DNA from: Octopus sinensis | Lineage: Eukaryota | Direction of reading: 5' to 3' | DNA: 64,000 nt | Assembly: GCF_006345805.1 (NCBI RefSeq) | Contig: NC_042998.1 | Span: 159,340,001-159,404,000 of the forward strand | In this document: positions 40,437 through 53,308 of the stretch, piece by piece | Position numbering within the stretch: the stretch's first letter is position 1 | How the letters are laid out: each line of letters begins with the position of its first letter | Notes under the pieces: model-generated | The model's input: only the letters and a program-made list of their open reading frames with translations | Database searches by the model: none | Told to the model about the DNA's origin: nothing | Translations under genes and position numbers: made by a program

Positions 40437-40569
40437 TACATCTTACAGCTGTTTCGGCCATGTAGATAAGTATGTCTCATTTTACCAATATTGGCCTTTT
40501 ATGGTAGGTCAATATATAGATATAAATGAGACATTTACAAAAATATCATAAGGCCTCCTCGGAGATATA
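40437..40569 (-). ncRNA. Type I hammerhead ribozyme fold (U4C variant) with extended helix II
   Basis: TATATCT-CCGAGGA-GGCC..92 nt..GGCC-GAAA-CAGCTG-T-A-AGATGTA; 11-bp internal helix in the insert. Confidence 0.65.
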
Positions 40570-42089
40570 CATATACATATGAGTGCATATACTCACACTC
40601 CTATACATATAAAAATATACATATACATAATAATATAAATAAATAATATAAATTATTAGTAAACATATATACGTTCCATATTCAATGTTTCAGTTCTTCA
40701 ACTTAATATTGCGATTATAAACATACACATATTAGTACCTAGATGCAAATATACACAGTCAATAGTACATTATATTACTTCCTACTAATTTCCAAAGTGT
40801 CATTAAAGTTAGCATCATTATCGTTGTCAATACAATTAATGTTATCATTATTATCATTCATAATATTATTAATAACGCTTACATTAGGATCCGAAGTGGC
40901 ACATATGTATGTCCGGGTTCAAGTTAGTAATTTTCCTTATGACAAAAACATACTATTGGATTTGAATTTAAATTATCATTGTCATCATCATGGTTGGTCC
41001 GTTGAGAGCCGCCCGACCTCCACCACACTGCACAAGAAAAACATACACATCCACATCCAACCCTAAACCCACATGTCCACATAAATACCCACACACACAT
41101 GCACACACACAAGAATACACCCCGACACATCTCTACACATTCGCTAGATTGCAGAGTGCATGTCTGTCATCGCATGGCTTATAGACTAATCAGTACAGGC
41201 AGCAGTATCTATACTCTAACACACATACTCACACGCACATCCGCATATACTCATAAATGCTAATACACTCTTATATACTATATCAGGGAACATTCGCACA
41301 CACATATATACATATTTAAATATATGTCTGCGCACTCATACGTACAAATAAAACCTATACTTATATCCACCCATGAATAAATATTTGCATATACATATAT
41401 ACATATCAAAATACGCACCTGCGTACTCATATGTATAAGAAAAACATACATACGTACACAAACACATTTTCACACACCTCGACACCTCTACCCACATTTA
41501 CTAAATCATAAATTAAAATATATGTCTGCCCATCCAAAGACGTATATTTACATACACAAAAAGTAAACAGAAGTTACTATTAACTTAGATATAAGTTCAT
41601 TAATTATAAATTAAATTAAATTGATTCGCAGCGCGCGAGAGTGCACACGTTGATACACATGCGCGGACGCGCTCGCGCATGCATGCGCAGGCGCACAAAC
41701 TCCGCTGCAGCGCCACCCGAGTCCACGCTTGTGCAGCAGAAATACAACAACCCCCAACAAGCCAACTGTAAAAAAAAAACCTTATATGTTCATCGGGATA
41801 AGCAACTTATACTAATTATAGACTCTCACATATTGCATATTGGTATAGCAAAAAATCCAACTAGTGCCCTAAGATATGATGCGCTAAGATAAAAGACTCT
41901 GTGGGGTTCCGAATATCATGCATATATCGGAATAACTATATATCTTTGTATATTTTTCAGTCGGGACAGAAACAATCAACATAGAACACACATATGGAGA
42001 TACAAAGTTATAAATTATAAATTTTAAGGACCAATAGTACAGTCCTATATAGAGGATTGCTAAAAGATTACTGGTAGAAGAATTAGATG

Positions 42090-42804
42090 TTATTTAAATC
42101 TAGAGAAAGTGTACGCCAATTTATGAAGGCAAAAAAAATTTCGCTCATTAATGCTGTTAATAATGGGTTGGCCGGCTTTGATGATGAAGAAAATTTCATT
42201 TATACATAAAGAGCATTTTTTTATTTCTACTATTGTATACAGGTGCAGATGTTAGTATTTCCCAATCTAATTTAAAATCTATGTTCTTACTCCTGAGTTC
42301 CCAGATATACGTACTTAACCCCGTAGAGTTCATCCTATTTTTATTTTTAAAAGTATATCTATGATAGTTTAGCCGTTGTTTTATACTATTTTTAGTCGCA
42401 CCAATGTACACCCTGCTATTGTATTGTGTATTTACAGTGCATTGGTAAACCACCTCTCTCATCAGGCATTTATTACCAAACACACATTGATTCTTGCTTC
42501 TGCAATTGCAGCCATTATCAGATTGAGGAGATTTAACCCTGGCAGAAATCCCCGTAGCCCTATTCCTGTTGATATCATTGCACTTATTTTCATTACCACC
42601 CACGTTTATCTTTCTATCATTATAGAAGCAATCTAATTTCTTGTTGTTGAAGGAGGAGATGATGGTGGATAGATTATTCGTGATACTATATCCTATTCTA
42701 ATAGTTCTATTGTTAATTATTTGGCTATATTTATTCTTACCCTTATTAAATAGTCTATATATTGCTTTATGTATTGTTCTGACTATATCCGTTTTAATCT
42801 GCAT
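42090..42804 (-). mobile_element. Penelope-like GIY-YIG remnant with uninterrupted 202-aa ORF
   Basis: RIGYSITNNLSTIISSFN..CNCRSKNQCVFGNKCLMREVVYQC..VYIGATKNSIKQRLNYHRYTF..STGLSTYIWEL; frameshift near the C-terminus. Confidence 0.9.
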
Positions 42805-42807
42805 TGC

Positions 42808-43912
42808 ATAGCAATCAATACTTTAGCCATACTAGTCGTGACTTACAGTTTCAACATCATTAGCTGGTTAATTACTGAAATATGTAGTCTTAACAGAAAA
42901 ATACACTGCTGCCTTAGATAGTCTTACTGATAAATGGCAAGAAAAACCTCTCAATGGCAAATAGCCAAAGAGAGCTAATAGTACCGATGTTGACAAAGCC
43001 CTTACTCATCAATGGTTAGTGGCTTCTGGCTTAAAATCAGAAAAAAAAGGGTTTATCATAATAGCTCAAGATCAATGTCTACCTACAAGAAACTGCCAGG
43101 CCAACATATTAAAGAACGGCAGCTGCCCAACATGCCGTGTATGTCAACAACAAAATGAAACCATTAATCATGTTGTCTCCTTGTGCAGTCTTCTTGTGCC
43201 TACAGAGTATCTCAACAGGCATGATAGAGCAGCACAGTATATTCACTGGGTAATTTGCAAAAACCTAGACCTGCCCCATGATAAAAACTGGTGGGAACAC
43301 AAACCACCTCCAGTGCTTGAAAATGATCACATCTCACTCCTCTGAAACTTCATTCAAACTGACAGAAAAATATATGTAAATAAGCCAGACATTATATTGA
43401 AAAACTTCAGACAAAAATCATACCTCTTCATTGATAATACTGTCCCAATCGATATAATTGTATCTGTCAAGACCTACCAAAAACTGAGCAAGAATAAAGA
43501 TCTTGAAATAGTAAATGGAAAAATGTGGAACCTGAAGACTAAAACAATACCTGTTGTCATAGGTGCCCTAGGAATGATAGTAAAAGGGGCTGGTTGCTAC
43601 CTAACGCAGATACCAGGAAACCCAAAAATGGCAGAAATTCAAAGGATAGTGCTCATGGGAACTGCTCATATCCTACGCAAAATACTTTTTATGTAATCTC
43701 AAGTTTTAAAACAAACATAATTTTCTTATGGTTTATTTAAACTTTCACTAATACAACACTAAGTACAAAACCAAATATATGGCACCTTAGGCATAACACC
43801 AACATGAACTTCCAACTTGTCTCTTGGGGGTCTCTGGGTAAGACTTGGAGCCAACTTGTACAAATGTAAAGCAAAAGTCAACCAGATAATAATAATAATA
43901 ATAATAATAATA

Positions 43913-44004
<92 letters not shown>
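42808..44004 (+). mobile_element. R4/Dong-clade LINE 3' portion with (TAA)n tail
   Basis: AINTLAILVVTYSF, AQDQ..CRVC..ETINHVVSLC..RHD, QTDRK..NKPDII, IPVVIGALG..GTAHILRK*; UTR to ~43886, TAA tail ~43887-44004. Confidence 0.93.
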
Positions 44005-44007
<3 letters not shown>

Positions 44008-44126
44008 GCCCTGATGCAATACCTTGGCTTCTGTTCCTAACTGATTGCAAGTGTTATCATGTACATATTTTGTCTTGGTGTGAAAGATAGGTTACAGCAA
44101 ATATTCTGCTCAATACCACAGATTTG
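44005..44126 (-). mobile_element. Repeat family F fragment
   Basis: 44083-44126 is the reverse complement of ~59765-59808. Confidence 0.7.
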
Positions 44127-44582
44127 ACCTATACAAATACATAAAGATGAAAATGATAAAATGCTCACACAGAAATGAAAGGGGAATGTATAAATAAAAA
44201 GAAAAGAAAGGAAACAGACTAATGTTAAAAACTGAACTCATTGCAAAACGCATCCAGTATCTACTTCTCCATCATAATAAAGAAGAAGTTAAAGTAACTG
44301 AAGAACTTAGAAAAATAAACAACAAACTACTTAGAACTTTCTGCACCCACCATTCCAAAGTCGATATAGATAGAATATATCTACCCAACACAAATAAGGA
44401 TTAATTTTGATACTTATAGAAAACTAGTACAACATAACAAGAGTGGAAATAGAAACCAGCTAAGATAAACTACCAATATAATAATAAACATAGAAAATAA
44501 GTTTTCCCTGTATATGCAGTATCGATAAAGTAAAAATTGGAAATTAGATTGAAAGATATTTCATTAAGAACAAAAGATCAGA

Positions 44583-44675
44583 TAATACAGTTCTGTATGC
44601 CCAAGGGCATGTGGTGTAGTGGTTAAGAGCGCGGGTAACTAACCCCAAGATTCTGAGTTTGATTCTAGGCAGTGA

Positions 44676-44737
<62 letters not shown>

Positions 44738-44889
44738 TTGATAATAATGATAATAATATCGGAAAAATACTTTAGGTTCGAAATTCCACCAGGACACCTG
44801 ATGAAGGCTGGGGAGTACATCAACCGAAAGACTGCGTTAACAACAAACATGATGAGAACAAATATCCGTCAAATGCAAATAAGGTAAAT
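44583..44889 (+). mobile_element. Composite element: tRNA-like head, (AAT)n, hammerhead-core 3' part; 11-bp TSD
   Basis: AAAAGATCAGA at 44572-44582 and 44890-44900; A box 44612-44622, B box 44655-44665; CTGATGA 44798-44804, GAAA 44826-44829. Confidence 0.7.
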
Positions 44890-45028
44890 AAAAGATCAGA
44901 ATATATTAAAGAAAAGTGGGAAAGAAAAACCACTCTATGGCCAATAGTGGATCAATAGAAATGGATTAAGACTGAGTGAAAGGTAATAATAGCTGGAGGT
45001 GTGGAAGCAATGATTTATCACAAATAAT

Positions 45029-45462
45029 TACTTTCTTAGGCCCTTCACTCCTTTACGGAGCATAAGTCATCGACGACTTTGCTCCACTGTTTTTGATTCT
45101 GGACTGTCTTTTCTGCTTTCTTCCAGTCAGATACCTGCTTTTTCAATTTTGACTCAGTATCCTGCCACTACCTATTTTTAGAGCATCCTTTCTTCTGCTT
45201 TTCTTGTGGATTTCAGATCAGGGACTGGTGTGAGTGCATCGGTAACTTTGCTATTTTTAGGTAGGGCTGTTGGCCCTACACAAACCCCATTTTCCCATTT
45301 TTATACTTGGGAAGATGTAGTTCATATTAGCTTGGCCTCTACCCTTTGACCTGTCCAGCATAGTAGACCTTACCAGGAGCTGGCACTCCGCTGGTAGGCT
45401 CTCAGGGTTATTGAGGCACACAAGATACCACACCGCAACAAGGACAGAACCTTGTGGTGTTG
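45029..45462 (-). mobile_element. Bipartite non-autonomous RTE element (5'UTR joined to 3' end), 11-bp TSD
   Basis: TSD TCACAAATAAT at 45018-45028 and 45463-45473; RTE 5' motifs TTGTTGCGGTG..CCCTGAGAGC..GGTAAGGTC..ACAGGTC; 3' NPQEK..DWKKAE..QNQKQWSKVVDDLCS. Confidence 0.8.
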
Positions 45463-46049
45463 TCACAAATAATAACATAAGCAAAATAAATAAAACACTA
45501 ATATCAATTACAGACTATGAAACCAATACAATATAACTGACCATGTGATTTCCAGTTGTCCAGTTCTTCTCGGCAACGATTAATTATAGTTACAGAACTG
45601 AAGACAATAATAAAGATGTACACACAGTACCGTTGAGATTCTAATGATGATGTACGTCACTTACCATTTACATACACTGGAAAATATACACTTTCCACAT
45701 GAAAATAGATAAGAAGTGGTGTAAACATGTAGCAAACATGATACATGTCAATGATATGTATCATGACAACATTTATCTGAGACATACTTGTCCAGACTGA
45801 CAAAGAAACCGGGGTATACTGGTCAAATATAATCATCAAGCATTGGAACAAGTATGATTTTAATTTGACAGATACCCCAACCTCTTCTAATCAAAACATT
45901 GCTCTGAAGAACATGAAGAAACTGTCAAAGTACAGCGATTCAGAAACAGAAAATAACTTGTGTAGAATGTGGGCTGTATCTGGCAGGAACAGTTTTTTCA
46001 GTGTTTAACGTTGTGAGCCCTGGTGTAGTTTTTCTGATTTTGCTCTCTC

Positions 46050-46555
46050 TTTAATCTCTTTTACTTGTTTCTGTCATCTGACTGCGGCCATGCTGGAGCA
46101 CCGTCTTTAGTCGAGCAAATCGACCCCAGGACTTATTCTTTGTAAGCCTAGTACTTATTCTATCGTTCTCTTTTGCCGAACCGCTAAGTTACGAGGACGT
46201 AAAGGCACCAGCATCAATTGTCAAGAGATGTTGGGGGACAAACACAGACATACAAACATATACACACACATACATATATATATATACATATATGTATATA
46301 TATATATATAATATATATATATATATATAATATATATATATATACTATTTCTGCAATCGTCCACCTTATATATATATATATATATATATATACGACGGGC
46401 TTCTTTCAGTTTCCGTCTACCAAATCCACTCACAAGGCTTTGATCGGCCCGAGGCTATAGTAGAAGACACTTGCCCGAGGTGCCACGCAGTGGGAATGAA
46501 CCCAGAACCATGTGGTTGGTAAGCAAGCTACTTACCACACACCCACTCCTGCGCC
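46050..46555 (-). mobile_element. SINE family B, full length
   Basis: Reverse complement of family B; 25-bp foreign insert in internal (TA)n. Confidence 0.92.
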
Positions 46556-46833
46556 TTTATTTTTATCTTTCATGGTACTGCTAAATTCTAAAAAGCCTTT
46601 TTCCCTAGCCACCACTATTTCTGCAATCGTCCACCTTAGTAAATGACCTATACATCATCATTAGAATCTCAACGGTTCTGTGTGTACATCTTTATCATCT
46701 TCAATTCTGTAACTCTGATTAATTAATAACATACGTCAAGCAGAAGAAAGCATTGCAAAAATGGCTGTGATTATAATCTGATCCTGGCAACTACGGGTGA
46801 CAACCTTTCTATAAAGAAGACTTTACTTTCATG

Positions 46834-47078
46834 GTGGAGGCGCCTGGCTTTGTGGTTAGGGTGTTGAACTCATGATCGTAAGGTTGTGGTTTCGATTTCT
46901 GGACCGGGCGATGCGCTGTGTTCTTGAGCAAAACATTTCATTTTCACGTTGCTCCAGTCCACTCAGCTGGCAACAATGAGTAAACCTGCAACGGACTGGC
47001 GTCCCGTCCAGGTGGGGTATTTCTACACCACTGAAACCAGGAAACCGGCCCTTATGGCATAGCTCGAGAAGGAACATT
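46834..47078 (+). mobile_element. SINE family E (V-domain-like)
   Basis: Similar to 15082-15329. Confidence 0.85.
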
Positions 47079-47379
47079 TTTTCATTTTTACTTTCATGAT
47101 GACGTGACGAGATATTGTGAGTACAGCTTGAGCAGATAATATTGTTGCTGATACTGGAGTGGGCATACTGTCGCTTTAGCTGTAGGTACACATGCTTAAG
47201 AAGCATAATTGCTTTCAGATATCACATTAGGTTTGGCTACAGGCAAACATTGGCCTGATAGAAATGAAGACATTGCAATAACAAACCGTAAGTTGTGTCA
47301 GCAAAATGATACTGAGTCTGCTCTCCAACAAGGAAATACTCAATTGCAATGTACTTTCCTACAATAACGCATTGAAAAG

Positions 47380-47960
47380 GAAAAATAGTTTTAAAGAAAA
47401 ATTAGAAAACGAGGAATAAGCACCAAGGAAAGATATATCTGGCTTATTCTCTCTTTTATCATCTACTATGATGCAAAAATATTTCTGAAAATGGTAAAAA
47501 AAAAGCATTTTTCTATCAGTCGTAAATATCCTAAACTCTTTGGTAAAATCAATATAAAAGTTAGCTACAGCCGCTTGGAAAATATCGCAACCGAAGTATC
47601 ACATTTTAACCGATTAGAATACATCAAGCCAATTAGCACAATGCAATTACAGTAACACCATACCCTATCCACTCAATGGTAAATGTCTCACAAAGGCGCT
47701 AGTGATAGAACAAAAATAACATGGTAGATGGTATCGCAAAGAAGTCTGTATGATATAGTTAAAAGCAAACCTACACAACATATTCACTCCTTCAGGTAGA
47801 GATAAGATACATTCCACCTTCCTATATCAGTACATTGAAAAACTGAAGAAGAATTGACTTGATATCTCTCATTAACTTTCTTTAAAGTCGAGAATACAAC
47901 ATTGCACTTGAACATACACAATCTGTGTCTGACTGAAAGATATTTTTACTTCAAAATAAC
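47380..47960 (+). mobile_element. Highly decayed Penelope-like linker and GIY-YIG remnant
   Basis: IFLKMVKK..KYPKLF..IKVSYS..SHFN..YPLNGKCL..NLCLTER. Confidence 0.7.
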
Positions 47961-49621
47961 GAACAAATGTTCGAAAAACTATGTGTATGCGTGCGCATGC
48001 GCGTGCGTGTGTGTGCGTGTATGTGTGTTAATAAATGCCGATTGAAATAAGAAATTTAATTAAATATGGGGTACAAATACACAACGACCCTGACAAGCCT
48101 CTTACTACAACATTCTGGTATTCGCAAAGGGCCCACAACCACATCCTATACTGTACTTAGTACAGGATGTAGAAGCGGATGCGAGTTAAATGAAAATTAA
48201 TTGCTTGACCACAACTAAAATGTAATCCTACATAGCAACTTTCCTAAATCAATCCATCATTAACAATGCTATCTGACAAAACCTGATAGTGACATGATTC
48301 AGCCAAATACCTACCATGTCAGTCATCACTGTTGCATGCCTGGATAGAGACACAAAAACGAGGAAATAGAAATTGCGACGGAGAGAAAATATATCCAGAT
48401 TTATCTCAGCTTATATTAGCATCAACTGTAGATCAACTGTTGGGAAAATTAACCAGAAAGCAAGTTGTACGCTCAGAAAAACAGGTTCCATACAGGTGTG
48501 TTCTTCACAAGGCAGAGATATAGTATATCTGGAACAATACATCTGAAACCTTTACTAATCGTTCGTTCGACTGCTAGTGTGTTATAGACCTGCTCGATTA
48601 AGGTTAGTGCCATCAACCACAACTTTCTCGACTACCAAGCCATTCGCTTCTATTCGCAGAAGAAAAACATTCAGGTTTCATGACTTCTCTTGTTTCAAAA
48701 CTTTCTTTTCATTCTTTACTCATAGAACCATGTCACGAAAAGTCATGCTATAAGCTCTCTGAAAAGAAAATATTAAAATCATCTGTTGAAATGGCTACAG
48801 AAGGAAATAAAGGAAGAAAAAAAACCAATGAAGTAAACAAGAAAAGTGCTTTTCAGGAATCCAAGTGGAAAAAATTAAGTATGAGTGGCTTCGTTAAGAT
48901 GAGCAATAATTGTTTTTACAAGATGTGGAAAATGAAAACATTTAAATAAAAGCGATAGCGTTTGATTTATACTCAGACTAGATTGCTGACAGGCTGGCAT
49001 ACACCTACCATTTTGGACAAACTTTAGTGATTCCTTTAGCAATGACATTAGGGAACTGATAAGCTGTACCTAACGGAAGTAATAAAGAACATTAACAATG
49101 TTCCCCAACAAAAGTAAGGTAGATATATTGTTAATCTTAATGATTATATGCTTGAATAGCTGAGGATTAAGTTCGTGTTATTAATAAGTAATACTTTTGA
49201 AGGACTCAACAGCCTCTCAAGCATATGTAATTGCACTGCTTGTCACAAAGATCTACTCAGTAGAAAGGAAATTTGCTTGCTGCACACAATTTAAAGTAGT
49301 GACGCATTTCAACTATATGGTGTTGATTAGAAAGGTCAGATTAGGTAAAACTTGTATGACAAAGCGTGGGTATTGAAAAATTAATGTACTCGTCTTGACA
49401 CTAAATGTGTTTGGCGATCAGGTTACCACTTACATTATAAAAGAAAATTAATTGGCTAGCAGCGACCTTTTTAAAACTGTTTAAAATAGAAAATGGAGAG
49501 TTATTAACAAAACTAATGTATGATGTTAACTTAAAAGTTAGAACAACCGAAATAAAACTAGCCAGAACTGCAAAACAAAAGTTTTTCTATGCAAAGTATG
49601 AAAATGATATAATAAACCTTC

Positions 49622-49856
49622 CCGAGTTCTGTGGACTGATATAGCCGGTTTCGCGATTTCCGAGGCGTATATATTCGCCCACTGGACAGGACGCTGGTCC
49701 GTTGTAGGTTTACATTTTTGTCAGCTGAGTGAACTGGTGCAACATGAAAAAAAAAAGTGTGTTCTTGATCAAGAAAGCAACGCCCGGCCGTGAAGTCGAA
49801 AGCACAACCTTACGATCAAACGTACTATATCTCTAACCACTAAGCCATGCGCCTCG
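49622..49856 (-). mobile_element. SINE family E, diverged
   Basis: Similar to the other family E copies. Confidence 0.75.
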
Positions 49857-50092
49857 ACACGAAACAAGGTTATATTTGTAGATATATATTTGAAAAATTA
49901 TATTTGTGGATTTAGCTTCGTGTGGGGGTTTACAGCAATCGAGGAAAATTATAGTATCAGCGGCTCCATAAGTTCCCGAAAAAGCTCAGAGGATTTTGTG
50001 ATTTAATGACTCAAATTATAAAGGCCACTCCTAAAATATGTTTCAGATCTAGAGAGTTACCTTAGTTGTCGGCTATTATTATCAGAAGAGAT

Positions 50093-50222
50093 AAGGCGGC
50101 CAGCTGGCAGAATCAGCACAACGGTGTGAGTTCAAATTCCGCCGCGGTCGACTTTGTATTTCATCTTTTAGAGGTCGGTGAAATAAATTGCTGGCTTTAT
50201 GCCAAAATTTGAAATTATTATT
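50093..50222 (+). mobile_element. SINE family A, internally deleted
   Basis: Head, B box and 3' end. Confidence 0.8.
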
Positions 50223-51900
50223 ATCAGTAGAGATACTTCTATGCTCATTTGCCCTGCGAGAAACAGTAACTAAATTTTGCTCAAATCCTAACCTGGCGTC
50301 TTAAAAGTGAACACTTGAAGAATGTAGTGCTATGGACATTGTGTACACTACATACACTGGTCATAGATGGGAAACCGACAATAATTAATGTTGTGGGGCA
50401 AAGATGTGGAGTGGCATGATAAAGAGATTCAATATAAAGCGATAAGTTATGGTGTTATAAGAGAGGAAGAAAAATAAATCTCGCAACTTTCATGGTCTTC
50501 CTAACGAAATCGATAAAGACTTATGTATAGGAACTAATGGAGGAACAGGAGCATCCAACACAAATGTGATCGATTGTTTTTACTTATATTTCTACATTGT
50601 TTAAATTGTGCCAGATTTGCCTTTCTCTTTCATTCTTCTGGTGGTGTTGGTCAATAATATAAGTACCAACAGGGTACAATGATGGGCTGAGTCAGTTATA
50701 TATCTGCCCCTAAATGCGTGACACTGTGCCAATGTTACAAATAGTTATTATCAATCCTAGATCGAAATTTCTCGTAGTATTTAGTCACCGTTTACTTTTC
50801 GAGTTCAAATCCCTTCGAAGTCAATTTTGTTTTTCATCTTATGTCGATAGAATAACTATGTCAATAGAATAAATACATAATAGGGAGTCAACTTAATAGA
50901 ATAAATAAATAATCAACTGATAGAATAAATAAATCACTCTTCCGTCAAAAATGTGTTACTAATATTAATAGTAAGACGAGGGCAGGATGAATGTAGCTGT
51001 TGGTTGCAATAAATAGTATTACATCTTGTTAGGTAGCTTCTATTCAAACAGCTTCATAGTGTTGTTGTGGCTCATAAAGACAACCATCTGTAATATCTCG
51101 ACTAGTTAAATATGGTAAGCTATAGGAAATCATGCTACATTGATAATGTGAATTGTTTTGAATATTCCAAAATTGTTTATAAGTCTGGATAGCAAATAAA
51201 ACTAGACAGACAGGCTCATTTAAATCCATACAAGTTTAGAAAAATTGATGTTTTTCTTTTGAAGGCCAATGGGTTTTCGAATGTATAAATAGATTTTCTG
51301 CATAGTATATATGTAAATATATGCATATGATTTTTAGAAAATAACTGTTTGCAATTTTATTTTGCTTTTTAATTTGTGCTGTCGAGCAAAAAGATAATTT
51401 GTGAATAATTTCCAGAGGAAAGAGACAAACATTTGTAGTATTTTTATAGAAAATAATAATTATTATTAATGTGGTGAGTAACAGAATTAGACAAATTGAT
51501 TTCTGATATATAACTGTATCCTTACACTTTCTGCGTTCAAATCCCACCGTGGCCCTCATTTTCTTTCATCATTTCGGTTTCGACAAAATGAATACTAGTC
51601 AAGTGTATGTGACTAGAGTCGGTGTAATACACTAAGCCCAACTCCATATACAGTCCTTTGGCTATTTTCAAAATAACTTTTAGGCGTGGATGACAAAATC
51701 GGTAGGATATAAGCAAAGTGTAGGGAGGCATTTAATTACGTCTTAAGTTTAAACCTTGCCGAGAGTCAACTTTATTTTCCATCTTTCACGGGCAAATAAA
51801 ATAATGTACAAATCTGGTATCGACATTATCAACTAGATTCTTCTCCTCAAAGCAACTAGCCTTGTATAGAAATTGTTATTATTTTTATTATTATTGCTGT

Positions 51901-52330
51901 TAAGGCAGCTAGTTGGAAGAATTGTTAGCACGCTGGGCAAAATGCTTAGTGGCATTTCGTCTGTCCTTAACTTCTGAGATCAAATTTCGTCGCGATCGAC
52001 TTAGCTTTTCATCCTTTCGAGGTCGATAAAGTAAGCACCAGTAGAGCAGTTGAGTCGACTCACCCCTCCTTCGAAACTGCTGGCCTTGTACCAAAATGTG
52101 AAACCATTATTATTATCATTATCATTAAGTCGGCGAGCTGGCAGAATCGTTAGCACGTCGGGAGAAATGCTTAGCGATTTGTCGCTACGATCTGAGTTCA
52201 AATTCCGCCAAAGTCGACTTTGCCTTTCGAGGTCGATGAAATAAGTACCAGTCAAGTGCTGGAGTCGATGTAATCAACTAGTCCCCTCCCCCAAATTTCA
52301 GGCCTTGTGCCTATAAGTAGAAAGGATTAT
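51901..52330 (+). mobile_element. Two tandem SINE family A copies (51901-52105, 52127-52330)
   Basis: Second copy sits in the ATT tail of the first. Confidence 0.9.
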
Positions 52331-52958
52331 TATTATCATTATTATTATAAGAAAGTTCCTTCTTGAGATTTGTTAACAGCATCTCTTCTCTGTTATCAGA
52401 AATTTATAAACAATACCTGCTGAATAACAGCCTACCTATTTTGCAGTTCTTATGTTCTTTTGTTAGTTGAACAGGTGTTTTTGTTGTTTTCACTGTTATC
52501 ATACATTTATACATACTAAGAACCTTTTATCTATTAATGATCAAATCTTGTCCCGTGTTTTTATCATTATTTGTACAGTAAACTCCTCAGGATCTGACCA
52601 ACGCTGTGACCAACTAAGCATCGTTAATAGATTCTATTCATTCACTTCATTTTTATATGCACTTGAGGAAAGCTGCAGAACATTTCATTATTTGTATTGT
52701 CAATGTGTTGCCTTTTAATTATGTTCTTTCAATTTGTTATTGTTTCTAAGCACATCCACGAAATTACAAAATTTTCGGATTCGTTTATAATATGTAGTCT
52801 AAAAGTCGATAACAGTTATTGGGTTCCTATTCTCCACGAGCAGTTTTTGAAGCCATATATAATTTATATAGATATATAAGTACAATCTGGGTTCGATACC
52901 ACACCACAAGATACACCAGTGAGGTATCTCGAGCAAGCGTATTTTACATTTATATATG

Positions 52959-52995
<37 letters not shown>

Positions 52996-53265
52996 GAGGA
53001 GCGAGAGAGAAAAAGAGAGATGCAATTATGCGGATAAATAAATTAGACACCAAATATATTACATATATTAAATAAATCAAATACAAAATATGTATATATG
53101 TATACATGCAAAATGAGAGAGAGCAAGAGGTGGACATTTTCATGTGATGAATTTTTATGTATAAATATATAGATATTTGTTTTTTTAAGCCTGGTACGTA
53201 CAGACAGACACACACACACACACACATATATATGTATGTATGTGTGTGTGTGTGCGGGTGTGTGT

Positions 53266-53300
<35 letters not shown>

Positions 53301-53308
53301 AATACATA

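Larger units (their letters stand above)
44128..45980 (+). mobile_element. Heavily decayed R4/Dong LINE with two nested insertions
   Basis: KTEL, HHSKVDIDRIYLP, W.EKPLYGQ, DHVISSCPVL, QTDKE..NIIIK, KKLSKYSD..RMW in order. Confidence 0.75.

Noticed and set aside
41890-41975. Expected hammerhead just downstream of the 42.1-kb PLE ORF
   Set aside because: Only CTGAAAA and GGAAC remnants; too degenerate to call
48950-49620. Possible ancient L1/Tx1 RT remnant
   Set aside because: Only vague motif echoes; needs a profile search
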